UHGV virus genome: UHGV-0479438
Origin: a virus
Length of the DNA: 43,765 bases
Reading direction: 5' to 3' (one strand)
Shown here: positions 1 to 7,921 of the stretch, one piece after another
Layout of the letters: the number at the start of each line of letters is the position of its first letter
Numbering within the stretch: position 1 is the stretch's first letter
Made by a program: the position numbers and the translations under genes
Notes under the pieces: generated by a model
Told to the model about the DNA's origin: nothing
Seen by the model: the letters and a program-made list of their open reading frames with translations, nothing else
Databases searched by the model: none

Positions 1-72
1 GGCGGGGTTCAACTCCCCGGACAGACCATGGTGGAAAGTAAGAGGGTGCCGGTTCAACTCCGGCCGCCGCCA
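1..72 (+). other. 3' part of a tRNA-like element; paralogue of 35934..36023 whose 5' part is at the window end
   Basis: Hairpin CGGGG-TTCAACT-CCCCG, then 25-72 identical to 35976-36023. This includes the T-arm GCCGG-TTCAACT-CCGGC and the acceptor 3' strand CGCCGCC plus A. Confidence 0.5.
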
Positions 73-152
73 ACTTAAGGTTTACATTTGAAAAATGGTC
101 TTGTGTTAAACTTTTCAGATATGACAATTAAAGAAGAGGAGATGGGTACAGA

Positions 153-362
153 GTGGGAGTCAAAATACTATTTCAGAGATTGAGATGTAAACATTTAAAT
201 AAGAAATGTTTAACTAATTTTGGTGGAGATATGATTAATGTAGTTAGTAATCACAGACATATCTATCGTAGTGCATGGGAGTGTGAAAACTGTGGAAAGA
301 TCATATATAGTGAAAAGCTGGAACCAACTTGCAAAATTACTAATTGGACATTGGAGCGGTAG
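153..362 (+). CDS. hypothetical small Cys-containing protein (start uncertain; alternative ATG near 232)
   Basis: ORF-track ORF with a GTG start downstream of AAGAGGAG. CxxC pair (CENCGK). Confidence 0.3.
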   Translation: MGVKILFQRLRCKHLNKKCLTNFGGDMINVVSNHRHIYRSAWECENCGKIIYSEKLEPTCKITNWTLER

Positions 363-428
363 AAATGCAAATTTCAAGGCGAAGAGAAGGAGAATAGTAT
401 ATTAAGGTTTGCTAAAGGAGGATAAGGT

Positions 429-566
429 ATGACAGCAAAATTTATAAGAGATGCGGGAGCTGTATCAGCTGTGGAAACGTTGCGGGACTATTGTCAAGAA
501 TATGGTTGTGAAAGATGTGGACTGGAGAGAACAATGGGGGTCGTAATCAAAAAGCAGGACAAGTAA
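429..566 (+). CDS. hypothetical 45-aa Cys-containing protein
   Basis: Strong RBS AAAGGAGGATAAGGT before the ATG. Motif CQEYGCERCG. Not in the ORF track because it is under 60 aa. Confidence 0.35.
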   Translation: MTAKFIRDAGAVSAVETLRDYCQEYGCERCGLERTMGVVIKKQDK

Positions 567-578
567 GGTTCGCCTAAA

Positions 579-606
579 AAAACTGCCCTATATTGACACA
601 GGGCAG
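579..606 (-). terminator. rho-independent terminator for the minus-strand gene 618..875
   Basis: Stem CTGCCCT/AGGGCAG (583-589 and 600-606). A-run at 571-578 is a T-run on the minus strand, directly downstream of the minus-strand stop at 618. Confidence 0.4.
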
Positions 607-617
607 TTCTGACATTA

Positions 618-875
618 TTAATAACCATATTTTACTGGACCATATTGTTCTAATAATGTGAACACCTGTCCAGTGTTGATTGGACTAAAATCTGGATTGT
701 CAGGTGTTGTATCTGCGCGACTTACTTCTACTGTGATGCTGCATGGAAAATGTGACAATGCTGGCTGTGGTGTATTAAAGGTGATAGTTCTCTTATTCGC
801 ATCATGCATTGTTACTTCCAAATTTTTATCACTCGTAGCGATGCCGGCAATATTGGATACATAGTAATATGTCAT
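618..875 (-). CDS. hypothetical protein (85 aa; internal start of the 618..971 ORF)
   Basis: The ATG whose reverse complement lies at 873-875 has a strong RBS (plus-strand CACCTCCTT at 885-893). Own terminator. Lone antisense gene in a + strand block. Confidence 0.5.
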   Translation of the reverse strand: MTYYYVSNIAGIATSDKNLEVTMHDANKRTITFNTPQPALSHFPCSITVEVSRADTTPDNPDFSPINTGQVFTLLEQYGPVKYGY

Positions 876-1043
876 AGTGATTTTCACCTCCTTTCTGTTT
901 GATAAAATGAGTATAGCATTTGACAGTACAATAAAGATGAAAGTTGGCATGAATGGATAAAAATAAGGCATGAATGGAATATGATAGTGAGATTTGATTG
1001 GGTAGAATAAACCGTGATTTCATGTGAAGATTGGAGAAAGTAT

Positions 1044-1319
1044 ATGTATACGATGAGGAGTGCATTTATTAAATGGTGTAAGCTTCATAATGAAGAGTAT
1101 AAAATCGGTGGATATATTAGATGTCCAAATTGGTTTAGGCACTATATTAGACAAAATACAGAGTGGCTCTATTGTGTCATAGATGATAGAACTAATCGCT
1201 ATTGTAATACTAAAGAAATGGATTGCAATCAGAGAAGAAGATATAAAGGATATTATCAGTTTAATATCTCTGATAATGAATTACTAAATCTACAGAGAGC
1301 AGAATGGATTAAGGGATGA
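1044..1319 (+). CDS. hypothetical protein
   Basis: In frame with track ORF 1014..1319. ATG 1044 follows GGAGAAAG. Confidence 0.4.
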   Translation: MYTMRSAFIKWCKLHNEEYKIGGYIRCPNWFRHYIRQNTEWLYCVIDDRTNRYCNTKEMDCNQRRRYKGYYQFNISDNELLNLQRAEWIKG

Positions 1320-1351
1320 AACTCGCATTTCGAGTCGTGAGGGGTGGAAGT

Positions 1352-1567
1352 ATGAATCGTGTTTTTGCCAATGATTTTAATTTGGTGGAATCTAACCCTA
1401 ATGGTCAGTTCGTTAGAATAGGTGAGATAAATGACATGATCAAATATGGTGCAATTAAGATTGACCGTGAAAAATTGGAAGAGTACAAATTTGATACGAC
1501 AGTTATATATGATAAAGATAAGAACAGTAGAGAAGATGTAATAAAACTTTGGAAACAATACAAGTAA
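1352..1567 (+). CDS. hypothetical protein
   Basis: In frame with track ORF 1316..1567. ATG follows GAGGGGTGGAAG. Confidence 0.4.
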   Translation: MNRVFANDFNLVESNPNGQFVRIGEINDMIKYGAIKIDREKLEEYKFDTTVIYDKDKNSREDVIKLWKQYK

Positions 1568-1600
1568 ACATCCATTTCATTGGGAGAAGGGAGAATTAGA

Positions 1601-1897
1601 ATGTACGATGATTCTTTTGAAAGATTTAGAGGTGAGTGTTTAGAATACAATTACAATAAGAATTGCAATATGATTGAAGAATGGTGTAAAGAAGCTGGTG
1701 TTACCTCACCAGTAGGATACTATAACGAATTAGAAAAGCACATAATAACTATTTACACTAACGAACCAGGTTACCTTATCGGTAGGGGAGGTTGCTTAGT
1801 TAACAAATTCAAGAAGAGATTGTGCGAACAATTTTATGCTAATGAGTATGAAGTGAAGTTTGTGGAAATCCGTGGTGGATTTGCAAATATAGAATAA
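1601..1897 (+). CDS. hypothetical protein
   Basis: In frame with track ORF 1580..1897. ATG follows AGAAGGGAG. Confidence 0.45.
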   Translation: MYDDSFERFRGECLEYNYNKNCNMIEEWCKEAGVTSPVGYYNELEKHIITIYTNEPGYLIGRGGCLVNKFKKRLCEQFYANEYEVKFVEIRGGFANIE

Positions 1898-2031
1898 GCA
1901 ATAAAGAGTTATTTTGCAGACAAGGAAAAGTTTGAACCAGTCGGATACTGTAATGCTTTTGATGTTATGAAAGCGGATATAGAGAAACTACTAAATTAAG
2001 GTTTAACCAATTAAACGAAAGGAGCTATAAA

Positions 2032-2442
2032 GTGAGAGAAATATTATTTAAAGCAAAGGGCCGTGATAATGGCGAATGGGTGGAAGGGTATTATGTACTC
2101 TGTCGTAAATGTCATTATATCCTTCCGATATTTAACAGTGATGCTCTGTATCATGGATATGATGAAAGATATGACGAATGGATTGAGATAGAACCGTCCA
2201 CCATCTGCCAGTATACCGGATTAACTGATAAAAACGGTTTAAAGATATGGGAAGGTGACATTGTCGAATGTGTCTATGATGGACAAGTCAATGTTAGAAA
2301 GATTATTTGGGATGACTCAGAGCTGAATTTTAAGGGGACAAATGGAAAAGACCAATATGGAACAAATTATGATTATTTGTCTTGTTGTGAAGAACTTGTT
2401 ATTATGGGGAATATTTATGATAGCCCTAATCTGCTAAACTGA
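2032..2442 (+). CDS. YopX-family phage protein
   Basis: RBS AAAGGAGC plus GTG. N-terminal MREILFKAKG...W and C-terminal GNIYDSPNLL match the YopX family signature. Confidence 0.6.
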   Translation: MREILFKAKGRDNGEWVEGYYVLCRKCHYILPIFNSDALYHGYDERYDEWIEIEPSTICQYTGLTDKNGLKIWEGDIVECVYDGQVNVRKIIWDDSELNFKGTNGKDQYGTNYDYLSCCEELVIMGNIYDSPNLLN

Positions 2443-2502
2443 AATTTTCTAACCTAAGAAAAAACAAATTGAGGAAAAAATTATATGCACAGAATAAAAA
2501 CT

Positions 2503-2538
2503 GAGCGGTGGACACCCGCCAAGATGATTCCACCGCTC
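2503..2538 (+). promoter_or_regulatory. perfect 10-bp inverted repeat (GAGCGGTGGA / TCCACCGCTC, 16-nt loop) just upstream of the recombinase gene
   Basis: Seen directly in the sequence. No T-run follows, so it is a regulatory or recombinase-binding hairpin rather than a classic terminator. Confidence 0.4.
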
Positions 2539-2609
2539 CCGTAAATACGTCTGAGTATATTATACCTTACTCAAACGTGAAAATCAATACGAATGAGGAG
2601 GATATAATT

Positions 2610-3656
2610 ATGAGTACACAGACAATAAAAGCCGAAATCATCAACAATGTACTGGTAGCAATGTCCTTATATATCATGGAGCAGCAGACTCTTACCATTC
2701 TGCAAAATGTAATGCAGCAGGAATTGGTTAGGGTGAACATGGAAGAAATAACTACACTTCCAGTAGAAAGAAAAGATGATATAAGTCAACGGAATCAGTA
2801 CATAATACAGTTATTCCTGATTAAAAAGCGTGATTTAGCAAGAGGAACCAAAGAAAACTATCTTAATTCCATACGAAGATTACTGACAGAGATAAGCACA
2901 AAATCACTCGACCAGATGGACACCACTGATATTGATTGGTATTTATCGCGATATGAAATCAGAAATGTGTCCAGTGGAGGAATGAAAAACCAGCCTAGCA
3001 CTTATAATAACGAGCGCCGTTTTTTGTCAGCATTCTTTACATGGATGCGCCTTGAGAAGCTTATTACAGATAATCCGGTAGAGTCTATACCGGCTAAAAA
3101 AGTACCCATTAAACCAATTGATTACTACAGCCCGGAAGAATCTGCAAGATTAAGGGATGCGTGCAAAAATATCCGCGAGAGGGCCTTGCTGGAGGTACTT
3201 CGAAGTACTGGAGCCAGGATAGGGGAGATTGCAGAAATAACTCTGGACCAGATAGACATGAGAACCGGCGATATTTGGATACAGGGAGAGAAAGGCGGAA
3301 GATATCGGACTATCTATCTGGATGATGATGCGCGTCATTACTACGGCCTGTATTTGGACAGCAGGAAAGATGATTGTCCATATATGTTCCCACGCTCCAG
3401 AAAACCGTATGGAAAGATGACTACTTGTGGATTTCGGGCGATATTGAAAACCATAAGGAAAAGAGCCGGTCTAACATGTCGGGTATATCCGCATAAGTCA
3501 CGCAAGACGCTGGGAATGAATCTGAAAAACAGAGGAGTTGATATTGGGACCATACAGGAAATTATGGGCCATGCAGACCCAGGAGTTACGGCACGTTATT
3601 ATGCACAGTCTAACCCGCGCACTCTTCGTTCAGTAAGAGAAAGAGTTAATGTGTAG
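2610..3656 (+). CDS. tyrosine site-specific recombinase (second phage-integrase/Xer-family gene)
   Basis: Box I LRSTGARIGEI, box II HKSRKTLG, and a C-terminal GHADPGVTARYY with the catalytic Tyr. ATG 2610 has RBS GAGGAGGA. The track ORF begins at GTG 2508 inside the hairpin. Confidence 0.8.
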   Translation: MSTQTIKAEIINNVLVAMSLYIMEQQTLTILQNVMQQELVRVNMEEITTLPVERKDDISQRNQYIIQLFLIKKRDLARGTKENYLNSIRRLLTEISTKSLDQMDTTDIDWYLSRYEIRNVSSGGMKNQPSTYNNERRFLSAFFTWMRLEKLITDNPVESIPAKKVPIKPIDYYSPEESARLRDACKNIRERALLEVLRSTGARIGEIAEITLDQIDMRTGDIWIQGEKGGRYRTIYLDDDARHYYGLYLDSRKDDCPYMFPRSRKPYGKMTTCGFRAILKTIRKRAGLTCRVYPHKSRKTLGMNLKNRGVDIGTIQEIMGHADPGVTARYYAQSNPRTLRSVRERVNV

Positions 3657-3667
3657 GAAGGAGGGCT

Positions 3668-3970
3668 ATGAGGACCAGGAACAAGAACTATAGTGATTAT
3701 GGAATTACGGAGGATGAAGCCAGACGCATAAAAGAATACTGCCAGACCGCCAGCGCAGAAGATAAGCTAACATTGTTCCAGTGCGCCATATCCTCCGCTC
3801 CTGGCCTGGAGGTGGAGATATACGAAAGCCTTGTTAGTAATATCGGATATGACAAGCTGAGCAAGCGAAAGAATATACCAATTAAACGGGATGATTTTTA
3901 CGGGTATCAAAGAAAAACGCTGGATGAATATAGGCGGTTAATGACATTGTTCGGGAGGTGGAAAGGATGA
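3668..3970 (+). CDS. hypothetical protein
   Basis: ORF-track ORF immediately after the recombinase. RBS GGAAGGAGGG. Confidence 0.45.
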   Translation: MRTRNKNYSDYGITEDEARRIKEYCQTASAEDKLTLFQCAISSAPGLEVEIYESLVSNIGYDKLSKRKNIPIKRDDFYGYQRKTLDEYRRLMTLFGRWKG

Positions 3971-4105
3971 TTAGTGCTGATAGCACTATACGGGTAACGG
4001 AATTTTTATATGCTTGGAGATTGGTTATAGAGGCCAGTAAAAAATTAACCGTTGAAGATATGGTAATGCTTGAAAAAATTGTGGAGGAAATGGAGAAATT
4101 AAAAA

Positions 4106-4414
4106 ATGGAGTCAATTGAGAATCCAAAAGATATAAAATTTTATAATATGGGTGGAGCTGATATTATTGTCATTGTATCACCAAATAATACTGAATCACC
4201 TTTTAATGTATTATTTAATCCAACATGGAACGATTTTGAAGAAGGAGACAAAACATTAACGCTTGATGATATTTTTCAGCAAGTGAACAGGATATATAGA
4301 GAATCAGTAATTTTAGTTATTGCTGAATACCCACTAAGAGGTAATATATATCGCTATGGAAATTACGAAGGAGCAGGATGGATAGAGGTGGGAACGATGG
4401 ACGGATACGCTTAA
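4106..4414 (+). CDS. hypothetical protein
   Basis: ORF-track ORF. A 51-aa ORF at about 3967..4119 sits between this and the previous gene. Confidence 0.45.
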   Translation: MESIENPKDIKFYNMGGADIIVIVSPNNTESPFNVLFNPTWNDFEEGDKTLTLDDIFQQVNRIYRESVILVIAEYPLRGNIYRYGNYEGAGWIEVGTMDGYA

Positions 4415-4452
4415 ATGTGGGGACGATTTACATTAACCACGCATGGTAAAAT
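4413..4452 (+). promoter_or_regulatory. late-promoter-like element, copy 1: AAATGTGGGGACGATT, then 18 nt, then TAAAAT
   Basis: The 16-nt motif is identical to 14593-14608. Both copies precede a TAAAAT -10 hexamer at equivalent spacing. This copy sits directly upstream of terS. Confidence 0.45.
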
Positions 4453-4495
4453 TAGTATAGGACTATTATACCGTGTGAAGCACAAAGAATAAGGG

Positions 4496-4921
4496 GTGGT
4501 GATTGTGGCTTCCAGATTAACAGATAAACAGAAAAAGAAAATAATAGCTGATTATGTGGAATCTGGAAGCTATCGTGCCACAGCAAAAAAATTCGGTGTT
4601 TCAGATAACACAGTAAAAAACATATGCGCAAAAAGTGCAGATATTGCGCAGAAGTGCGCACAAAAAAAAGAACAGAACACAGCTGATATGTTGGCATATA
4701 TGGATTCCAGGAAAGAACAAGCACAGGGTATTATTGATAAATATCTTGAAAAGCTGGCGGACCCGCATAAGCTAGAAAATGCTACTATCTCCCAAATTGC
4801 AACAGCGATGGGGATAGTAGTTGATAAGTTTATGGATAATACAAAAAAGGGAGAAAATGCACAAGGAGTCACTATACTGAATGATATACCAAAACCGGAG
4901 AAAGGGAATGATGATGCATGA
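4496..4921 (+). CDS. terminase small subunit
   Basis: HTH-containing (ADYVESGSYRATAKKFGVSDNTVKN) 141-aa protein. It is translationally coupled to terL by an ATGA overlap at 4918. A start at GTG 4505 is also possible. Confidence 0.55.
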   Translation: MVIVASRLTDKQKKKIIADYVESGSYRATAKKFGVSDNTVKNICAKSADIAQKCAQKKEQNTADMLAYMDSRKEQAQGIIDKYLEKLADPHKLENATISQIATAMGIVVDKFMDNTKKGENAQGVTILNDIPKPEKGNDDA

Positions 4922-6159
4922 GTGACATAATAAATCTGACTGATGTAATCGCCCCTTCATTCTATGGTGTTCACTGGGATATCCTGGAAGGAAATCATAC
5001 ATATTATGACCTGTATGGTGGGCGAGGTTCCGCGAAGTCCTCTTTTATATCCGGGGAAATCGTACTGGGAATAATGGATGACCCAGAGTCCAATGCTGTT
5101 ATATTCCGAAAGTACGCTGTTACAATTGGGGAATCAGTATTTGAGCAGATACAGTGGGCCATAGATGCACTGGGAGTAACGGAATTATGGGAATCCCGTA
5201 CAAGCCCATACCGATTTGTTTATAAGCCGACAGGACAAAAGATAATATTCCGTGGACTTGACAAGGCAAAGAAAACAAAGTCTATAAAAGCCAGTAAGGG
5301 ATACTTTAAATATCTATGGTTCGAGGAACTGGACGAATTTACAGGACCGAAAGAAATACGAACTGTTGAGCAGTCAGTATTGCGTGGTGGCAGCAAGTTT
5401 GTTGTATTTAAATCCTTTAACCCGCCTATCAGTCAAAGCAACTGGGCTAATCAGTATGTAAATACTCCAGATGATAGTGCGTATAGGCATAAAAGCGATT
5501 ACCGTTCTGTGCCGGAAGAGTGGTTAGGAGAAATGTTTATTGAGCGCGCCAAACATCTTAAAGCGACCAATGAGCGTGCATATAATCATGAGTATTTAGG
5601 CTTGCCGGTTGGACTTGGTACAAATATATTTGATATGCTGGATGTGAGGACCATTACGGATGATGAAATCAAGGGATATCAAAGTATATACCAAGGGCAA
5701 GACTGGGGCTGGTTCCCGGACCCCAAAGCCTTTATCCGGGCCGCTTACATACCAAACAAAGAATTAGTTGTGCTGCTTGACGAAATGGGGGGATGTAAAA
5801 TCCGTAATAGTAAGATGGCGGAGGATATACAGGCGGCTGGGTACGATGATTATACAATCTATTGCGGTGTGGATGAAGAAGAAAGTATTATAGACTTCCG
5901 TGACGCTGGTTTACCGGCACGTAAAGCCATTGTAACACCGGGTAGTAGGAAATATACCTTTGAGTGGTTGCAATGCCGTACAATCGTTATAGACCCGGCA
6001 CGTACACCACGGGCATATAAAGAAATCATAGAATATGAGCATGAGGTTGATAGCAATGGAGAAGTGATAGCAGATTACCCAGATGGAAACGACCACTGGA
6101 TTGATGCACTCCGCTATGCCACAAGCCCATTATCAATGAGAAGGGGGAACAGTGCATGA
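4918..6159 (+). CDS. terL: terminase large subunit
   Basis: Walker A YGGRGSAKS and a 413-aa size with a C-terminal nuclease region. Position is terS-terL-portal. Confidence 0.85.
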   Translation: MSDIINLTDVIAPSFYGVHWDILEGNHTYYDLYGGRGSAKSSFISGEIVLGIMDDPESNAVIFRKYAVTIGESVFEQIQWAIDALGVTELWESRTSPYRFVYKPTGQKIIFRGLDKAKKTKSIKASKGYFKYLWFEELDEFTGPKEIRTVEQSVLRGGSKFVVFKSFNPPISQSNWANQYVNTPDDSAYRHKSDYRSVPEEWLGEMFIERAKHLKATNERAYNHEYLGLPVGLGTNIFDMLDVRTITDDEIKGYQSIYQGQDWGWFPDPKAFIRAAYIPNKELVVLLDEMGGCKIRNSKMAEDIQAAGYDDYTIYCGVDEEESIIDFRDAGLPARKAIVTPGSRKYTFEWLQCRTIVIDPARTPRAYKEIIEYEHEVDSNGEVIADYPDGNDHWIDALRYATSPLSMRRGNSA

Positions 6160-6377
6160 CAGAATATAGCAAAAAGCGAATAGGACAATTTTTGGAAAAG
6201 CATGTTGATATTTCCCCTGGTCATTCATACACAGAGGAATGCGTTATACGGCAAGGAATAAATGAACTAACATCAAACTGCGTCTATACACCTAAAGGAT
6301 TGCAGAGACAGATATTAAGGGAACAATCGGTATTGTTGCCCTTGAGCTACATTGAAAATTGCGCAAGATATAGGTGA
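6156..6377 (+). CDS. hypothetical protein
   Basis: ORF-track ORF overlapping the terL stop (ATGA). Confidence 0.4.
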   Translation: MTEYSKKRIGQFLEKHVDISPGHSYTEECVIRQGINELTSNCVYTPKGLQRQILREQSVLLPLSYIENCARYR

Positions 6378-6381
6378 GTAA

Positions 6382-7815
6382 ATGGGACTAATAACATGGG
6401 CTAAAAAGGTGATAGAAATGATATTCAAGCGACAGGCGGAAGAAGATTTTAATGTTGAATCAGTGGTATCCCCGGAGATGGAAAGCAAGATTGCAGAGTG
6501 CGCCAATATTTACCGGGGTACTCCCTATTGGGTGAATGCTGACGATAACGTTAAGACAATCAATTTTGCAAAGGCTATATGCTCGGAGACGGCCCGGCTT
6601 ACTACCCTGGCAATCGGAATACAGATTGATGGGAGCGAGCGGGCGGCATGGCTCCAGGAGCAGATTGATAAGATATATTTCCAGATTCGCCACTGGGTAG
6701 AATATGGTATGGCCTACGGCACAATCATCCTTAAGCCAAATGGTAAGGGACTGGACATATTCACAGCTATGGATTTTATTATTACGGATTGCGACAATGA
6801 AGGTATCTATGGGATTGTGTTCAAGGATAGCTACAGCGAAAATGATAAGTATTATACCCGGTTTGAGTATCATCGGTTTGTCGAGGTCAAGGATGGGGAA
6901 AACACCTATTACCCATATTACATATCCAATAGAGCCTATGTGTCTCGCTCTGCAAAAAGTGTGGGGGACCCGATAGCATTAAGTAGGACTAAGTGGTCCG
7001 ACTTACTTCCAGAGACTCCACCCATACTTAAAGCAAACAATGAGAAAATAGATGGTCCCATGTTTGGCATACTCCGCACTCCACAGGCTAATAATTTAGA
7101 TATTTCATCACCTTTGGGATTACCAATATATGCCGAGGCCATAGAAGAATTAAAGGACCTTGATATAGCATACAGCCGAAACGTGGGTGAAATATTTGAC
7201 AGTGAGAAGATTATATTGGCAGACGACCAGCTGATGTTTGGAAGCGGTACAAACATTAAAGGTCGTTATGCTGGCATGAGCAATGAAAAGCTTCCTCATT
7301 ATGTTAAAAATGTATTTGGAAATGGAACAGAGTCTTTCTATCAGGAGATTGTTCCATCGTTGAATACTGATATCAGAATTACCGGAATAAACAACCTACT
7401 CTCATTTGTGGGATTTAAGTGTGGATATTCCAATGGGTATTTTGTGCTTGATGAAAAAACAGGCATGGTCACAGCGACACAGGTAGAAGCTGACGACCGC
7501 CGCACTATCCAATTAATCAAGGATGTGCGCGACAAACTGGAAAGTTGTCTTGACGGGGCAATATATGCGCTTAATGTATATGCTGACCTGTACGGACTGG
7601 CACCCGCCGGCAACTACGAAATAACATATGATTTTGGTGACATTACATATAACCGTGAAGAGGACCGGGCAAGATGGTGGCAGTATGTTGTGCAGGGGAA
7701 GGTCCCGTCCTGGATGTATTTCCAGAAATTTGAAGGATTATCCGGAGAAGATGCAAAGGCTATGGTACAGGAAGCGCAGCCGAAGGATGGGACAAGGATG
7801 TTTGAGGAGGAATAA
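6382..7815 (+). CDS. portal protein
   Basis: 477 aa, directly after terL. Typical size and position for an SPP1-type portal. Confidence 0.7.
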   Translation: MGLITWAKKVIEMIFKRQAEEDFNVESVVSPEMESKIAECANIYRGTPYWVNADDNVKTINFAKAICSETARLTTLAIGIQIDGSERAAWLQEQIDKIYFQIRHWVEYGMAYGTIILKPNGKGLDIFTAMDFIITDCDNEGIYGIVFKDSYSENDKYYTRFEYHRFVEVKDGENTYYPYYISNRAYVSRSAKSVGDPIALSRTKWSDLLPETPPILKANNEKIDGPMFGILRTPQANNLDISSPLGLPIYAEAIEELKDLDIAYSRNVGEIFDSEKIILADDQLMFGSGTNIKGRYAGMSNEKLPHYVKNVFGNGTESFYQEIVPSLNTDIRITGINNLLSFVGFKCGYSNGYFVLDEKTGMVTATQVEADDRRTIQLIKDVRDKLESCLDGAIYALNVYADLYGLAPAGNYEITYDFGDITYNREEDRARWWQYVVQGKVPSWMYFQKFEGLSGEDAKAMVQEAQPKDGTRMFEEE

Positions 7816-7921
7816 ATTGAGAAGCTTATTAATTTGGATAGTATTCAATATCCCACTTGGCCCATTTGCTCCGAAAGTGCTTGAATGGGCAATTGGACAT
7901 AAGGGAAAGAAGGAAGAGTAA

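Noticed and set aside
7628-7921. 97-aa ORF overlapping the portal C-terminus
   Set aside because: It lies largely inside the portal gene in another frame and has no RBS. The short gap before 7922 carries the real RBS for the head-morphogenesis gene.
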